DNA of 64,000 nucleotides, taken from positions 8,394,159 through 8,458,158 of the forward strand of contig NW_002060944.1 of NCBI RefSeq assembly GCF_000150275.1, read 5' to 3'. Source of the stretch: Trichoplax adhaerens (Eukaryota; Animalia; Placozoa). Below the pieces are notes generated by a model. That model saw nothing but the letters and a program-made list of their open reading frames with translations, did no database searches and had not been told where the DNA came from. The translations under genes and the position numbers were made by a program. Of the stretch, positions 52,808 to 64,000 are shown piece by piece; positions within the stretch are counted from its first letter, which is position 1; each line of letters begins with the position of its first letter.

Positions 52808-55477
52808 ATGGGAAAGGGTGATAAAGGTAGGCAAGGTTATTATTGAGTTCATGCATCGATCGTGGAAAATTTTCTATATGTCATTTCATCGGCTTGCATT
52901 TTCTCCTGCTGGATCATGAATGCTGATCAGAAATGGTTCAATTTAGTTAGTTGTTTTATTTTACTATTTCATTCTGCAGTAGTAAATGACAGTAATGGTT
53001 CTACAACGTATTCCCGTGTATTCAATCAATACAAGTGAAATACTGTATTAGAATTGATGGAGAATCTGGACTAGGATATACGCGTACTATGGCCCTTTGA
53101 TCTGTTGATACCAGTAGTAGTATTCTTGGTCAATGTCGGTTATTCCTGTAGTTTAAATTGATATCACCAAAGTATAGTAACACTTCGATACGTCAATGAT
53201 ACAACTGGGACACGGCATACTTTTTAAACTCATCAATCTAGTCTTCGTAAACTGCAATGGAATCCACTAACGAGAGCGTTTGATATTTTACAGTATACTG
53301 TTATTGAAACTGAGTAGTAGTATAAAGTACGACAGAGATGATTGAATGTCATCAATCCTCATCGTTAGCTTGTGAAGTCAGCACGATATCAGGCTTGATA
53401 TGAGCTGTAAATCATGCTCCTTGGCAGTTTTTTGAACTTACTGTAATTGATAGATACTTTTATGTTAGAACTACAGTAGGATAGTGACTACAACTACTTT
53501 ATGGGCGTCTTATTGCATGTTATTCGTCTATATGAAAATAGCTGTTAATCAAACTCGCATGACGATGATGTTGTTGGCACTGATATAACATTGAAGCAGT
53601 AAAAGCCAAATTCCCCTTGTGAATGTTTGTCCGTGTGTTGATGTTGATCTTTTGCGATACTTTTGATACAGTTAAGAATTAACATATTACACTAGGACAG
53701 TACATTCACGATTTGGACGATGCATTTTGGTATACGCCTCCAAAATAAGACAGCCACCTAGTCATTTTCATCCTCTCATATACCGTAGACTTGCTGTTTA
53801 CTTAAGTATAGTAGATATTCAGTACTGTACATTTCTATTCCATTTATCGCAAGCGATAAAGATGCGTAGCCAAAAAAATAATTGAATCTTACGCCCGTGG
53901 GTAGACACTACTATTCGCTGGTTAACACACACACGGAATGAACCTTACCGTATACAGGTCTTTTGCATTCGGAGCTAATCATAATTGTTATTTTTCACAG
54001 TTGAAATAACGTCATTGTACAGTGCAGTGGATACCTCTTAACCTTACCTACCTTTTAGGATCAGTGTAATAGTCAATTGACTAGTTATGTAAATTTTAAA
54101 TGGTATTGATTGCTGGATATAGAGAAATTACTCATTTATTTTACATATCAATACCTAGCAAGATAATACTATACTTTATTATATGCTCAATTCCAGTATT
54201 TTCATACTTTATTTGAGAAGTGCCTTTATGATATATTTTAATAAGACTCTATACTTTTGCTTATATCAATACAAAATGTTACGTAGTATACTGTCGATTT
54301 CAAGCAATACTAAAGTAGACAGGACTCGAGACTGCAGTTTTTATTGATGTGATATCTTTGTATTTAACTTTATGACAAAGATAAGAAATCGGGTGGTTAT
54401 CCCAAGCAAGCAAGTTATCCTACCCAGCAGTATACCACTGCGCAACAGCATCCGCCTCAGCAATTTGCTCCTCAACCAGGTCAAGTACCATATAGCGCTC
54501 CACCGCCTGCTTATAATGCAGCACCGGGCTATGGTCCACCTCAAGCAGTACCTCAACAAGTTAGTAACGAAATTTGAAAGGATAAAATAGCACTTTAAAC
54601 TACGACGTGATGAAAATAATACAAATGCCGTTATTAGTCGGATGTGTGTGATAGCATTTCCGGTTTCTATAGACTAAGAATATTATTATCTGTATTGACG
54701 CTAAATCTAAATATGAGTACAGGATCTTTAATAGACAAATATACAGCATAAATGTAAACAAGTTACAATCAACTATATTTTTATTCGCTAGACGATTTAT
54801 TCTGTCGTCAGTAAACATGAAGTATTATCTTGAATGAAGTTAACTCAACAAAGTCACATATTTTATTATATTTTTTTTCATTTTTGCACTACTACAGCAG
54901 TATTATCCAAATCCGAATATGAATGCACCTCCGCCAATGCATTATCAACAACCTGGGCAATATCAACAATTTGGCACTGCTAGTGTTGTTATGCCAATTC
55001 AGGAAGGAACTTTTGATGCTGGAGCGCGTTTCGATGGCAGAAGTGCTCCGGTAGTACCTGTAAGCTTATGCATGTTAACATGTTATTTTATACTTTTGAT
55101 GAAATGACAATTATAAAGATATTCACGTATGGTGCTACGATAATAATATTATATTATATAGTCTGGATATCAAGAGACAAATTTAAAATTTGATATTATT
55201 ACAGTGATACTTTTCGTGGATACCTTATAGTAAGATTACCATCGTAGCTTCAGAGCATAGTTGAACTGTGATACTGTATCAATGGTTATAGTGAGGTTAA
55301 TTTTTATGCTGATCTTTTAATGATATCACATATTTTCTGTACGCTTAGCCTCCACCTCCTGGATGCGTGCCGAATCATGCTCAGCTAGCCGCATCAACTG
55401 GTGGGGCTGCTGTCGTAAGACAAAATCAATCAGGTTTCTTTACTGGTGGATCTAGTGGAGGTTATACATTCTTTTAA
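52808..55477 (+). CDS. DAZAP2: DAZ-associated protein 2 homolog (Pro/Gln/Tyr-rich)
   Basis: Exons 52808-52826, 54381-54559, 54898/54901-55059, 55349-55477 with matching phases. Motifs PPPAY, FDAGARF, PPPPPGC.PN.AQLA and FFTGGSSGGYTFF*. Confidence 0.9.
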
Positions 55478-56834
55478 CTTCAGCGTTACTGTCTAGTGAC
55501 AGGAAATGTTGTACAGTAGGATTGCAACTTTTGCAAACCATAATTAATCCTTACTACTGTGCTTGGATTTTACAGTCAAAATAATGTTCTCCATTTTCCC
55601 ATATTTCAGTGAAAAATTACTACTTTATAATTGAATTAATCCCGATAAGCATAAATTTTAAATTCTATTTGTAGTTTACAATGCTGCGGCAAAAAGGTCA
55701 TAGATTACATCGATAGCGTAGACGATGTTTTTAAATTACAATTACCACTTTGTTGATAATGTAATTTTATTTGTTCATACTAATGGTTTAAATTATGAAA
55801 ATGCTTTCTTCGCGTTACATATTTACGTTGACATCAAGTCAACACTGCTGATAATTCTATAGGATAAGAATAAACTTGTTGAGGTATAGCCCTGTGGTCA
55901 ATTTAATGTGATAATGGTGAAGTTTTTCATGGCGCTTGTTATACTGTATAACTAGATGCTTCTCAAAGATTGCATGAGTTGTAAAAAATGGTTCGTGAAA
56001 AAGTTATACCATATCCTAATGCCTACGCTATTCGCTTCGTGTTATACGTTAATAACATTTAGTCGTTACAGTAAGCTACAATATTAATTATACACCGCAA
56101 ATGAGTTATAGATTATAGATATTAAATTTAGCAAATTGGTTCCTTCCATAGCTGTAAAAGTTCCTTGATAAGTGTCATGCAGGAGACAGTGACATTTAAT
56201 ACGCGTAAAACTTGATAATACACAAGTATCATTCAGATAGTATTTTTATTCAAGTTAATTAGTTGGTCATATGTACTACACCAACATAGGCGAAATGGCT
56301 ATGAGACGTAAAACATAGAATCAATAACTACGAATACTATTGTCTAATTCATCAGAACAAACTATTGCATCTAAAACCGAGTAGCATTTGATATCAGTTA
56401 GTGAAAATTAGGAAAAATTGACGAATTTGCTGACCATTAACATTTTGTAGTTATCAAAGAGAGTTAGTTGCCTGCTTTTAAGCTGTACAAATAAAATGGT
56501 CAGTATATTTTTAAATATCGCTTTCCTTAACATATTTACAGAACAAATAAGATGTCTCATGATATAGCACAAATTAGAAGATAAGACGATGAACAACAAG
56601 TAGATGGCAACGGTTGATCGAATTAAATTAAACATCAAACTTTATCACGAGAGATTAGAATGTTCTTTCATCGTGTTTTGTTCAGGATCCAGTGCTTTAT
56701 TTGAATACGATAATATTAACTATGAAACTGGATGGTGAAATATCCGTAATTTACTTTACCTTAAACAATATTGAAATTAAAAAGTGTTTTATTCAAGTAT
56801 CACTGGTACACAGATAAAACTGTTCCACAGGAAA

Positions 56835-58968
56835 TTACGCCTTCGCGCCCGACTTTTGTGCTGCTAAATGTTGCTCAATTTTGATTTGCATATGTTCTAT
56901 TACAGCTAATCGATAAACAGCAATTTAATAGTCGTCAGTTATACATGACTTCAATCGTAACAGATGAGAACAATTGTAGCTAATATTACTAATTTACTAA
57001 ACATCATCAATATTTCACCTTGTCTTAAATTAAATTTTTCCATGACAAGTTTCTGAAGTTTTTCAAGTTGCTCTTGAACAAATTTCACTTTACGTTCAAA
57101 ATATTCTATTCCTTCCTTGATATTCTGGATATAAATGAATACTAGTTACGTCAAGTTAAAATTGTCGTGAAAGTATTAATTTTATCTGTGTATCGTATCA
57201 AAGTTATAATTTTTGGTGAACTATAAGATTTTAAAATAGATAACAATAACTGGCCACTGAAATAACAGTATGGCCATGGACTAGAAAAAAGTTCATTCAC
57301 CAATTTGCGATATACCTTATCTGCAAAGTATCCCGTGCCAATATCAACAAGTAAACTGTGAGCGTTGTTTAGAACACCAGGGACATATAGCTGAGAGTGA
57401 AAGCATATATCAGGCCGGATACAATAAACTATTAAGTGAAATAGTCATTCTCCTTTATTAAGATTTTAACAACTTGTGACTACTTGATTACAGTATTTAC
57501 GAAAGTGCTTTTCGTTATGACTAATTGTAGATTGCATCACATTGAATGTGATTGCTGCATCAATCGGCTGAGAAGGAGCATTTCTATGCTTGTATATACG
57601 TACACTACGTATACATGCAGTAGTTGTGATCGTCTGGCTACCTTACTGTATTCCAGTTGGTTGAAATTTGATTGGATTGTAGCGTAGAAATAAACATGTA
57701 CAATTTTCTACAATTAGAGTTGATTTCTAGTAATTCTTACCGAATCTGTCATTGGAACTAGAATTTCCTTGGCTAGAATGATGGTCAATGCATAGGATTA
57801 TAATGGTGCAACATTAAGAACAAATTATCATAAATAATCAACTTTCAAAATTTGTGATAGCTAGTAACCTTCATATTGATCAACTGAAAGCTTCTTGACA
57901 CATTCCGATGATTCTACAAACTTTTGTTGTACTAATTGTAGCTGATTGACTGATGATGTAAACATCTGCACTTCCTGAAATGGACCATGACAAGAGGTGA
58001 TGAGTTAGTTAACGAATGTATATTCAATAAATTTAGGAGTTTGTATATCCTATTCAATGCAGTTCAGTACAAGTGCCATTATATATGGTCAGCCGTGATT
58101 GACGATAAAGCAGACTACCATTGCTGCCTATGGATCAATGCTAGTCTGAGATCAATGAGAAAGTAGCTGAAAGTTCGGCCTTCAAAAGGAAATTTTAAAA
58201 TTTGTTAGTGTACTATTACTGTCAGCCTACTACAAATGAACATTTCAGGGGTTTATAAAGGAAGAGAAGAATAATGTACGACTACAATATATCGTACACC
58301 TCTGTAAGCTACAGTTGCTTGTCCAGGTAAGCACACAATATTTGTGTAAAATGGTTAGGAGCTATCGACAACTGGGCTCCCAAGCAGGAGTAGAACTACA
58401 ACTGACTGTTATTTTCCGATGTTGTACAGTTTATCTGTGTAGTAATTTTACTATATTAACTTGGCTATAGACCGACTTTGTCCAATTATCTTACAATTCT
58501 CTATCTTAATTTGTAGTTGGTCATAACCAAAGGGGGGAAAAAGTGTAGGATTGGATAGAAGTCCTAAGACGGTTATTGTACAGTAAGTCTTTCAGTCATT
58601 CGTGTAGAATGTAGAGCACCGTAGTTTTTGCTAGTTATGTTGTACGTTCAATCCTCATATGCTGGGATAAATCAGTATTTCAAAAAGGAGGATGTTATCC
58701 TATGCTTCTATCTGTATGACGGATGAGTAGTGATGGATCTTATTAGGCTTCTTTCCATCCTACCTCCAATCCATGATTAGACCCGGAAAACAAGATGTCT
58801 ATTCAACCGCCGATAGCAAAACCTTGGCTACTGACGCTACAATTTAAATCATTCTGTATACAATCAAATCGTCATTTAACTTACCTCATCTAATTGCGAT
58901 TTTAGTTGTTCTAATTGAGGAATCGGAAGTTGAGCTAAATCAATCGCCTTGGATTCTGCAGCCGCCAT
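56835..58968 (-). CDS. PFDN5: Prefoldin subunit 5
   Basis: Exons 58968-58885, 57974-57869, 57772-57741, 57390-57316, 57124-57019, 56905-56835. Motifs IDLAQLPIPQLEQLK, EILVPMTDSLYVPG, LVDIGTGYF and YFERK. Confidence 0.95.
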
Positions 58969-59243
58969 GCCTTTTTCTGCGTTTTTTCCTACCACACTCG
59001 TTGGTACAGTAGTAATAAAACGGACCAGCAGACTGATCGGACCCGATGAGTCCAGGCACAGTATCTGCCTATCCGGACGTCCGAGCACTGGTTTGGATTG
59101 GACTGAATACTCCTTTGGACGGACAGACATTTCCTCCACTTTAGCCCACAAATTGGGTCAAACGCCTCCATGATGACAGTAGTTTAGTATGCAGACGGTC
59201 GATTGTGAATTGGTTGATTTTTTCGAAATGAAGTAGTATTACA

Positions 59244-60131
59244 CTGTATTTCTTTGCCTGTTACTAAGATCTGCTTGAAAGCAGTCACTTTAGATCATCA
59301 ATGTCCTTCAAATGAATACGCCACGGAAGATCCATACTGAGTAGTTGGTTATTTCTCCTCATTTTCGGTCGCATCTCTTGTTCTACTGAGTACTGTACAC
59401 TGTACAGCAGTATGGAAAGTCCGTCCATCCGAGGAGAGTGGCTGGTGTCCACTGTCCTGTCCAATCCAGGTATGGTCTACAGTTAGTCCTGTAGTCCTTG
59501 ACCACATGGACAGTTGGACACCTGGACACTGAACCATTATACTGTACTGGATTTCTTTACCTGTTACTAAGATCTGCTTGAAAGCAGCCACTTTAGATCA
59601 TCGATGTCCTTCAAATGAATACGACACGGAAGATTTATACTGCATTACTGAGTAGTTGGTTATTTTTCCTCATTTTCGGTCGCATCTCTTGTTCTACTGA
59701 GTAGTGACAGTACAGCAGTATGGAAAGTCCGTCCATCCGAGGAGAGTGGCTGGTGTCCACTGTTCTGTCCATTCCAGGTATGGTCTACAACTAGTCCTGT
59801 AGGCTGTAGTCTATGACCACATGGACACCCGGACACTGGACACTGAACCATTATACAGTACTGTATTTCTTGACCTGTTATTAAGATCTACTTGAAAGCA
59901 GCCACTTTAGATCATCAATGTTCTTCAAATGAATACGACACGGAAGATCTATACTGAGTAGTTGGTTGTTTTTCCTCATTTTCGGTCGCATCTCTTGTTC
60001 TACTGAGTACAGTACTGTATAGCAGTATGCAAAGTCCGTCCATCCGAGGAGAGTGTCTGGTGTCCACCCTTCTGTCCAGTCCATGTAGGCTGTAGTCCTT
60101 GACTACATGGACACCTGGACACTGGACACTG
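59244..60131. repeat. Triplicated ~300-315-bp unit in the PFDN5/CRPPA divergent promoter
   Basis: Units start at 59244, 59547 and 59861 and are highly similar. Each has GTCC/GGAC-rich inverted arms. Confidence 0.95.
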
Positions 60132-60308
60132 CCCCTGCTTTGCGTCATTGCCTATTTCACAACGGTATATCTAGTTGTGCAGTATAGTATAAAATAGGCA
60201 TTAGGCAGTCGTACAGTAGTGAGTCAAGTAGAGAAATCTGGTAGCAGAATAGGAGTAGTGCTTATGTTGGATTGATTGGCAAATTGAAAGTAGAATTTGG
60301 CCTTCAAA

Positions 60309-63300
60309 ATGAGTAATAACTATGATGACAACGATGTTACTTTTCGAATATGTGCTGTTTTACCGGCAAGTGGAACGGGATCAAGAATGGCCATGCAGAT
60401 TCCTAAGCAGGTGCGATTGTGCAAGGCAATACAGTATTTAATGCAATCACTCATTCAATAGCATGGACTTTCTGATTGAATCAATCATCGGTTATCCGAT
60501 TATATAGGATTGTTTTTACATATTGAGTGGCTCTGTTAACTGTGGCAGATATTTGGTGCCAATAAAACAGGGCGATCTAGTTATGGGTAGTAATATGGTG
60601 TGATTTAGGATAGAAATGAAGACGATTTGGATACTTGAAAGATTGTACCAGAGCTGCAATATAGATTGATGAGACGCGCTTGAACAGTGTAAATAAATAC
60701 AATGATTACACGCCGTTGACATTATTTCCAAAGTGTTAACCTCACCAATAGTGTTATCCAATGCAAAGCTACTATAGTACATGTCGTATTATTGTTGGGT
60801 TTGTTCCTTTCTTGTATTGGTCAATGATGTAGTCTAGCATTGACAACACGACACATCAGGAGTGGATATCGTAATGAAGTAAGGTCCGATTGAATGACCA
60901 AATCAAATAGGCCGGTTTGGATGTTAATTTACACCTTTGTTTCCTGACATGATAACACCTGGTTTAATATCTAAAACCAATGATACAAATAGGAAACAAG
61001 ATACTAAAGATGCCAATCTTTTCAACAATTCATGAATAAAATTAAAAATCAACTGGAGAAATCAATTTTGCCAACAATCAGGGTTAGCAAAGATGCCAAT
61101 CTTGTCAACAATTCATGAATAAAAATAAAAATCAACTGGAGAAATTAATTTTGCCAACAATCAGGGTTAGCAAAGATGCCAATTTTTTCTACAATTCATG
61201 AATAAAAATAAAAATCAACTGGAGAAATTAATTTTGCTAACAATCAGGGTTAGCTACAATCGTATCGTGCGATCTACTTCAAATAGGCTGTAGGAGAGAC
61301 CGTATCGCCACTTCGAAGGATTGCTTTGAATGTTCTTTAGTATTACAAGGCAGCAATCAAGCCTGAAAATTATTCATTAAGAAAAGAGTCAATCTTTCCA
61401 AAGGTTGATTAGTGAGAAGAAATGCCTTGGAGTAATTGATTTGGCTAACAATCAGGGCGAACTAGGATATTTATCGGCTGACATACTTCAATAGGGCATC
61501 GGTTTTGTCTCGTAGTTGCGCGTCCATCGTTGATAGCACCTACAGACTAGACTACAGTATCTTGACGATATTGAAAGGATTGATTTGAATGTTCTTTGCC
61601 CTCATAAAGCAGCAATCAACCCAGATGATAATTGTTCGTTGTCGTAACGTCTCCATAAGATGAGATCACCAATAATTACCATCATCAATCATGACTAATT
61701 TTATATATACGAGTATACAACATATAGTACTGTAGTTGTTTAATCAATACCGGTAGGACGTCCCATTTACTATCCGACAAAAACGGGCATTCCAGTCCGT
61801 CTTAACAACGTTAGACTGCATTAGCTTTATCGTGTTTTAAAATATTTAGCAACTTACAGTGTAGACGTTATTTTACTACTAATGATATGTTGAATACCAA
61901 CAGTGAAACTGATTGAAATTTTTGAATACATATTTTACATTTTATCACTTTCATTTTGTCCAATTTTAAAGGCGATAAATTACTATCTGTTTCGATACAT
62001 TTTATTAAAAACATGCCTGCTTTTTATATCTAATTTACAGTATTATGAAATCGCTGGCAAACCCTTGTTAATGTATACCGTGGAAGCATTCGACAAGTAA
62101 GTTATAATAACAGGATGGGAATTCCAGATCTTGAGATTTATTACAGTACACAAAGTACAGTAGAATAGCTGTTGTTATCCGTAACATTTATTGTTGTGTG
62201 ATAGACTACCGGTATCTCTCTGATATAAATTGATATCGGTATCTTTGACAGGATATCTTGGATAGAGAAAGTGGTAATCGTTGTACCAGAAGATTATGTA
62301 GAATACACGAAGCAGGTTGGTTATACTTCTATCTGTCGCCTTCGATCATGAAATTTGTAGGACTACTATTAGATAAGGATTGCACACGGATGAGAACCTT
62401 ATAGTTATTCATTAGGTTTCAATTGTAATAAAAATTTGGCCATGATTCTGAATATTTATAGCTAATTAAAACTCATAATATACGACGTGCTGTGGTAGCG
62501 ACTGGCAGTCAGACTCGGCATAGATCTATTTATAATGGTTTAACGGCGTTAAAAATGAATGGATCAGATCCTCCTGATGTCGTAAGTAGAATGTTGTTAC
62601 AATAATTATTATTATGAATCAATTTTATTGTAAAAAAGACGTCAATTTTACTTCTATTACACGAGTACAGCAACATTCATGCACTTTACTATCAAGCCAT
62701 CGTATCGGCTGTAATTGGCTAGCATTTGCATTTGTACTGTATATACTCCGCTTCAGAGACTACCGTGCAATAGTTAGAATGTTTTTTGGAGATGCGTGCG
62801 ATTACAGATTATCGATTAAGAAGCTTATCAATTTATATATTATACACTGTTCAGCATCAATTTATATATTATACACTGTTCAGCATCAATTTATATATTA
62901 TACACTGTACAACAATAAAGTATTTTATACAATCAGTCAAGAAAAGTAGAGGAAACAAGGAAATTTTCTCAAATTGGAGTACAGTGTTATAATGCAGTAT
63001 CGACGCAAAGTAATACATTTATAATTTATACCGCAGGTAATCATTCACGATGCTGTCCGTCCACTAGTTAACGAAGATATACTAAGAAGTGTCGCTATGG
63101 CAGCAATGATTTATGGAGTTAGTGACGAGCTATTCTAATACTCTTTTTGTAGTATTGACCGTGTGGGTATTGAGCTTGTTAGATTTAAAAATCGTTCCTT
63201 TCCTACGCTACGTATTAGGCTGCTGGCTGCACTCGGCCATTGGTGTCAACGGTGATAAAGGCTAGTGAAGATAATATTTTAGATCATTCGTTGCAAAGGT

Positions 63301-63846
63301 ACAAATTATAATTACATTTTTAAAAACAAATGAATTCAACTGTTCAATAGCAAGAGTCCATATTAAGAATGTACAGAGTGATTAATGTGTTAAAATAAAT
63401 GAGGTAATACATATTGTGAACTGCCTTATTGTAGATCACAGTATCGTGCTAGTGAGACGCCTCAAGCTTTCCAATATGATGTTATTAAAGAAGCGTATGA
63501 TAAGGTATTAGTGGCAAAAAATTGTTCAGATTTGACTACTTGATATTTCAACTTTCTCTACCAGATCACTAAAGTATATTTACTTATGGATGAAATATAA
63601 AATAGTGTACAGATTACGATTTCGATTACGGTACTGAATGTTTGCATTTGGCGAATAAATACACGGATTCGACGGTTAAGCTAGTTGATGGTCCTCCATC
63701 GCTATGGAAGGTAATTTGACCAATATTTTAATAACGTTGCAACTAAAAATGGATTCTGAAAAATCAACAGATCTCTAATAGTTGATAAAATTGCCAACAG
63801 ATTACTTATAAGAAAGACTTGTATGCATTTGAAGGAATAATTAAAG
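60309..63846 (+). CDS. CRPPA: CDP-L-ribitol pyrophosphorylase A (ISPD), 3' end beyond the window
   Basis: Exons 60309-60410, 62041-62096, 62252-62315, 62462-62581, 63037-63117, 63219-63298, 63435-63504, 63606-63710, 63801-63846. Motifs [46 protein letters not shown] and LWKITYKKDL. Confidence 0.93.
61006..61254. repeat. 83-bp tandem repeat x3 in CRPPA intron 1
   Basis: Near-identical units starting AAAGATGCCAAT at 61006, 61089 and 61172. Confidence 0.95.
62827..62908. repeat. 29-bp minisatellite x2.8 in CRPPA intron 4
   Basis: ATCAATTTATATATTATACACTGTTCAGC at 62827 and 62856, partial copy at 62885. Confidence 0.95.
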
Positions 63847-64000
63847 GTTTGTAGATTAACACTACTAGTGAATTTGGTAATAGCATCATTCAGTTTTATA
63901 ATTAATAATTCCCAATTGTATTATGATGATTTAAGAATACCTTTATGAAATTGGTGTAATAATTGGCGAAAAAAGTGCGGTTTCATCGATTTGTGCATCT

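Noticed and set aside
59040-59085. Hammerhead ribozyme-like CCGATGAGTCC...GGAC
   Set aside because: The core is CCGATGA rather than CTGATGA, and the stem is not followed by GAAA.
1-63846. A co-regulated sugar/glycan gene cluster (SLC45 x4, PNGase-like, CRPPA)
   Set aside because: The genes are far apart and interleaved with unrelated housekeeping genes, with no shared regulatory evidence. Co-location is probably chance.

Overview
AT-rich eukaryotic (animal) genomic DNA with short GT-AG introns. Gene content and compactness suggest a placozoan such as Trichoplax, which is an inference only. The left ~37 kb holds a cluster of four SLC45-family (sucrose-transporter-like MFS) genes: three + strand tandem copies, two of them with a single frameshift, and one divergent convergent paralog. 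It also holds a small MORN-repeat gene, two intronless TSPAN13/31-like tetraspanins and many decaying tandem arrays. The right ~27 kb holds housekeeping-type genes: an intronless heat-shock Hsp40 (DNAJB), C1orf131/FSAF1, SDHAF3, DAZAP2, PFDN5 and CRPPA/ISPD (runs off the window). It also holds a 9-exon secreted protein with redoxin-like, PA and bacterial PNGase F-like domains whose catalytic motifs look intact. Promoters on the right are marked by dense TACAGTA/TACTGTA clusters and carry young tandem arrays, one bounded by an inverted repeat. No rRNA, tRNA or CRISPR was recognised. Exon models were built by eye from splice signals and reading-frame continuity.
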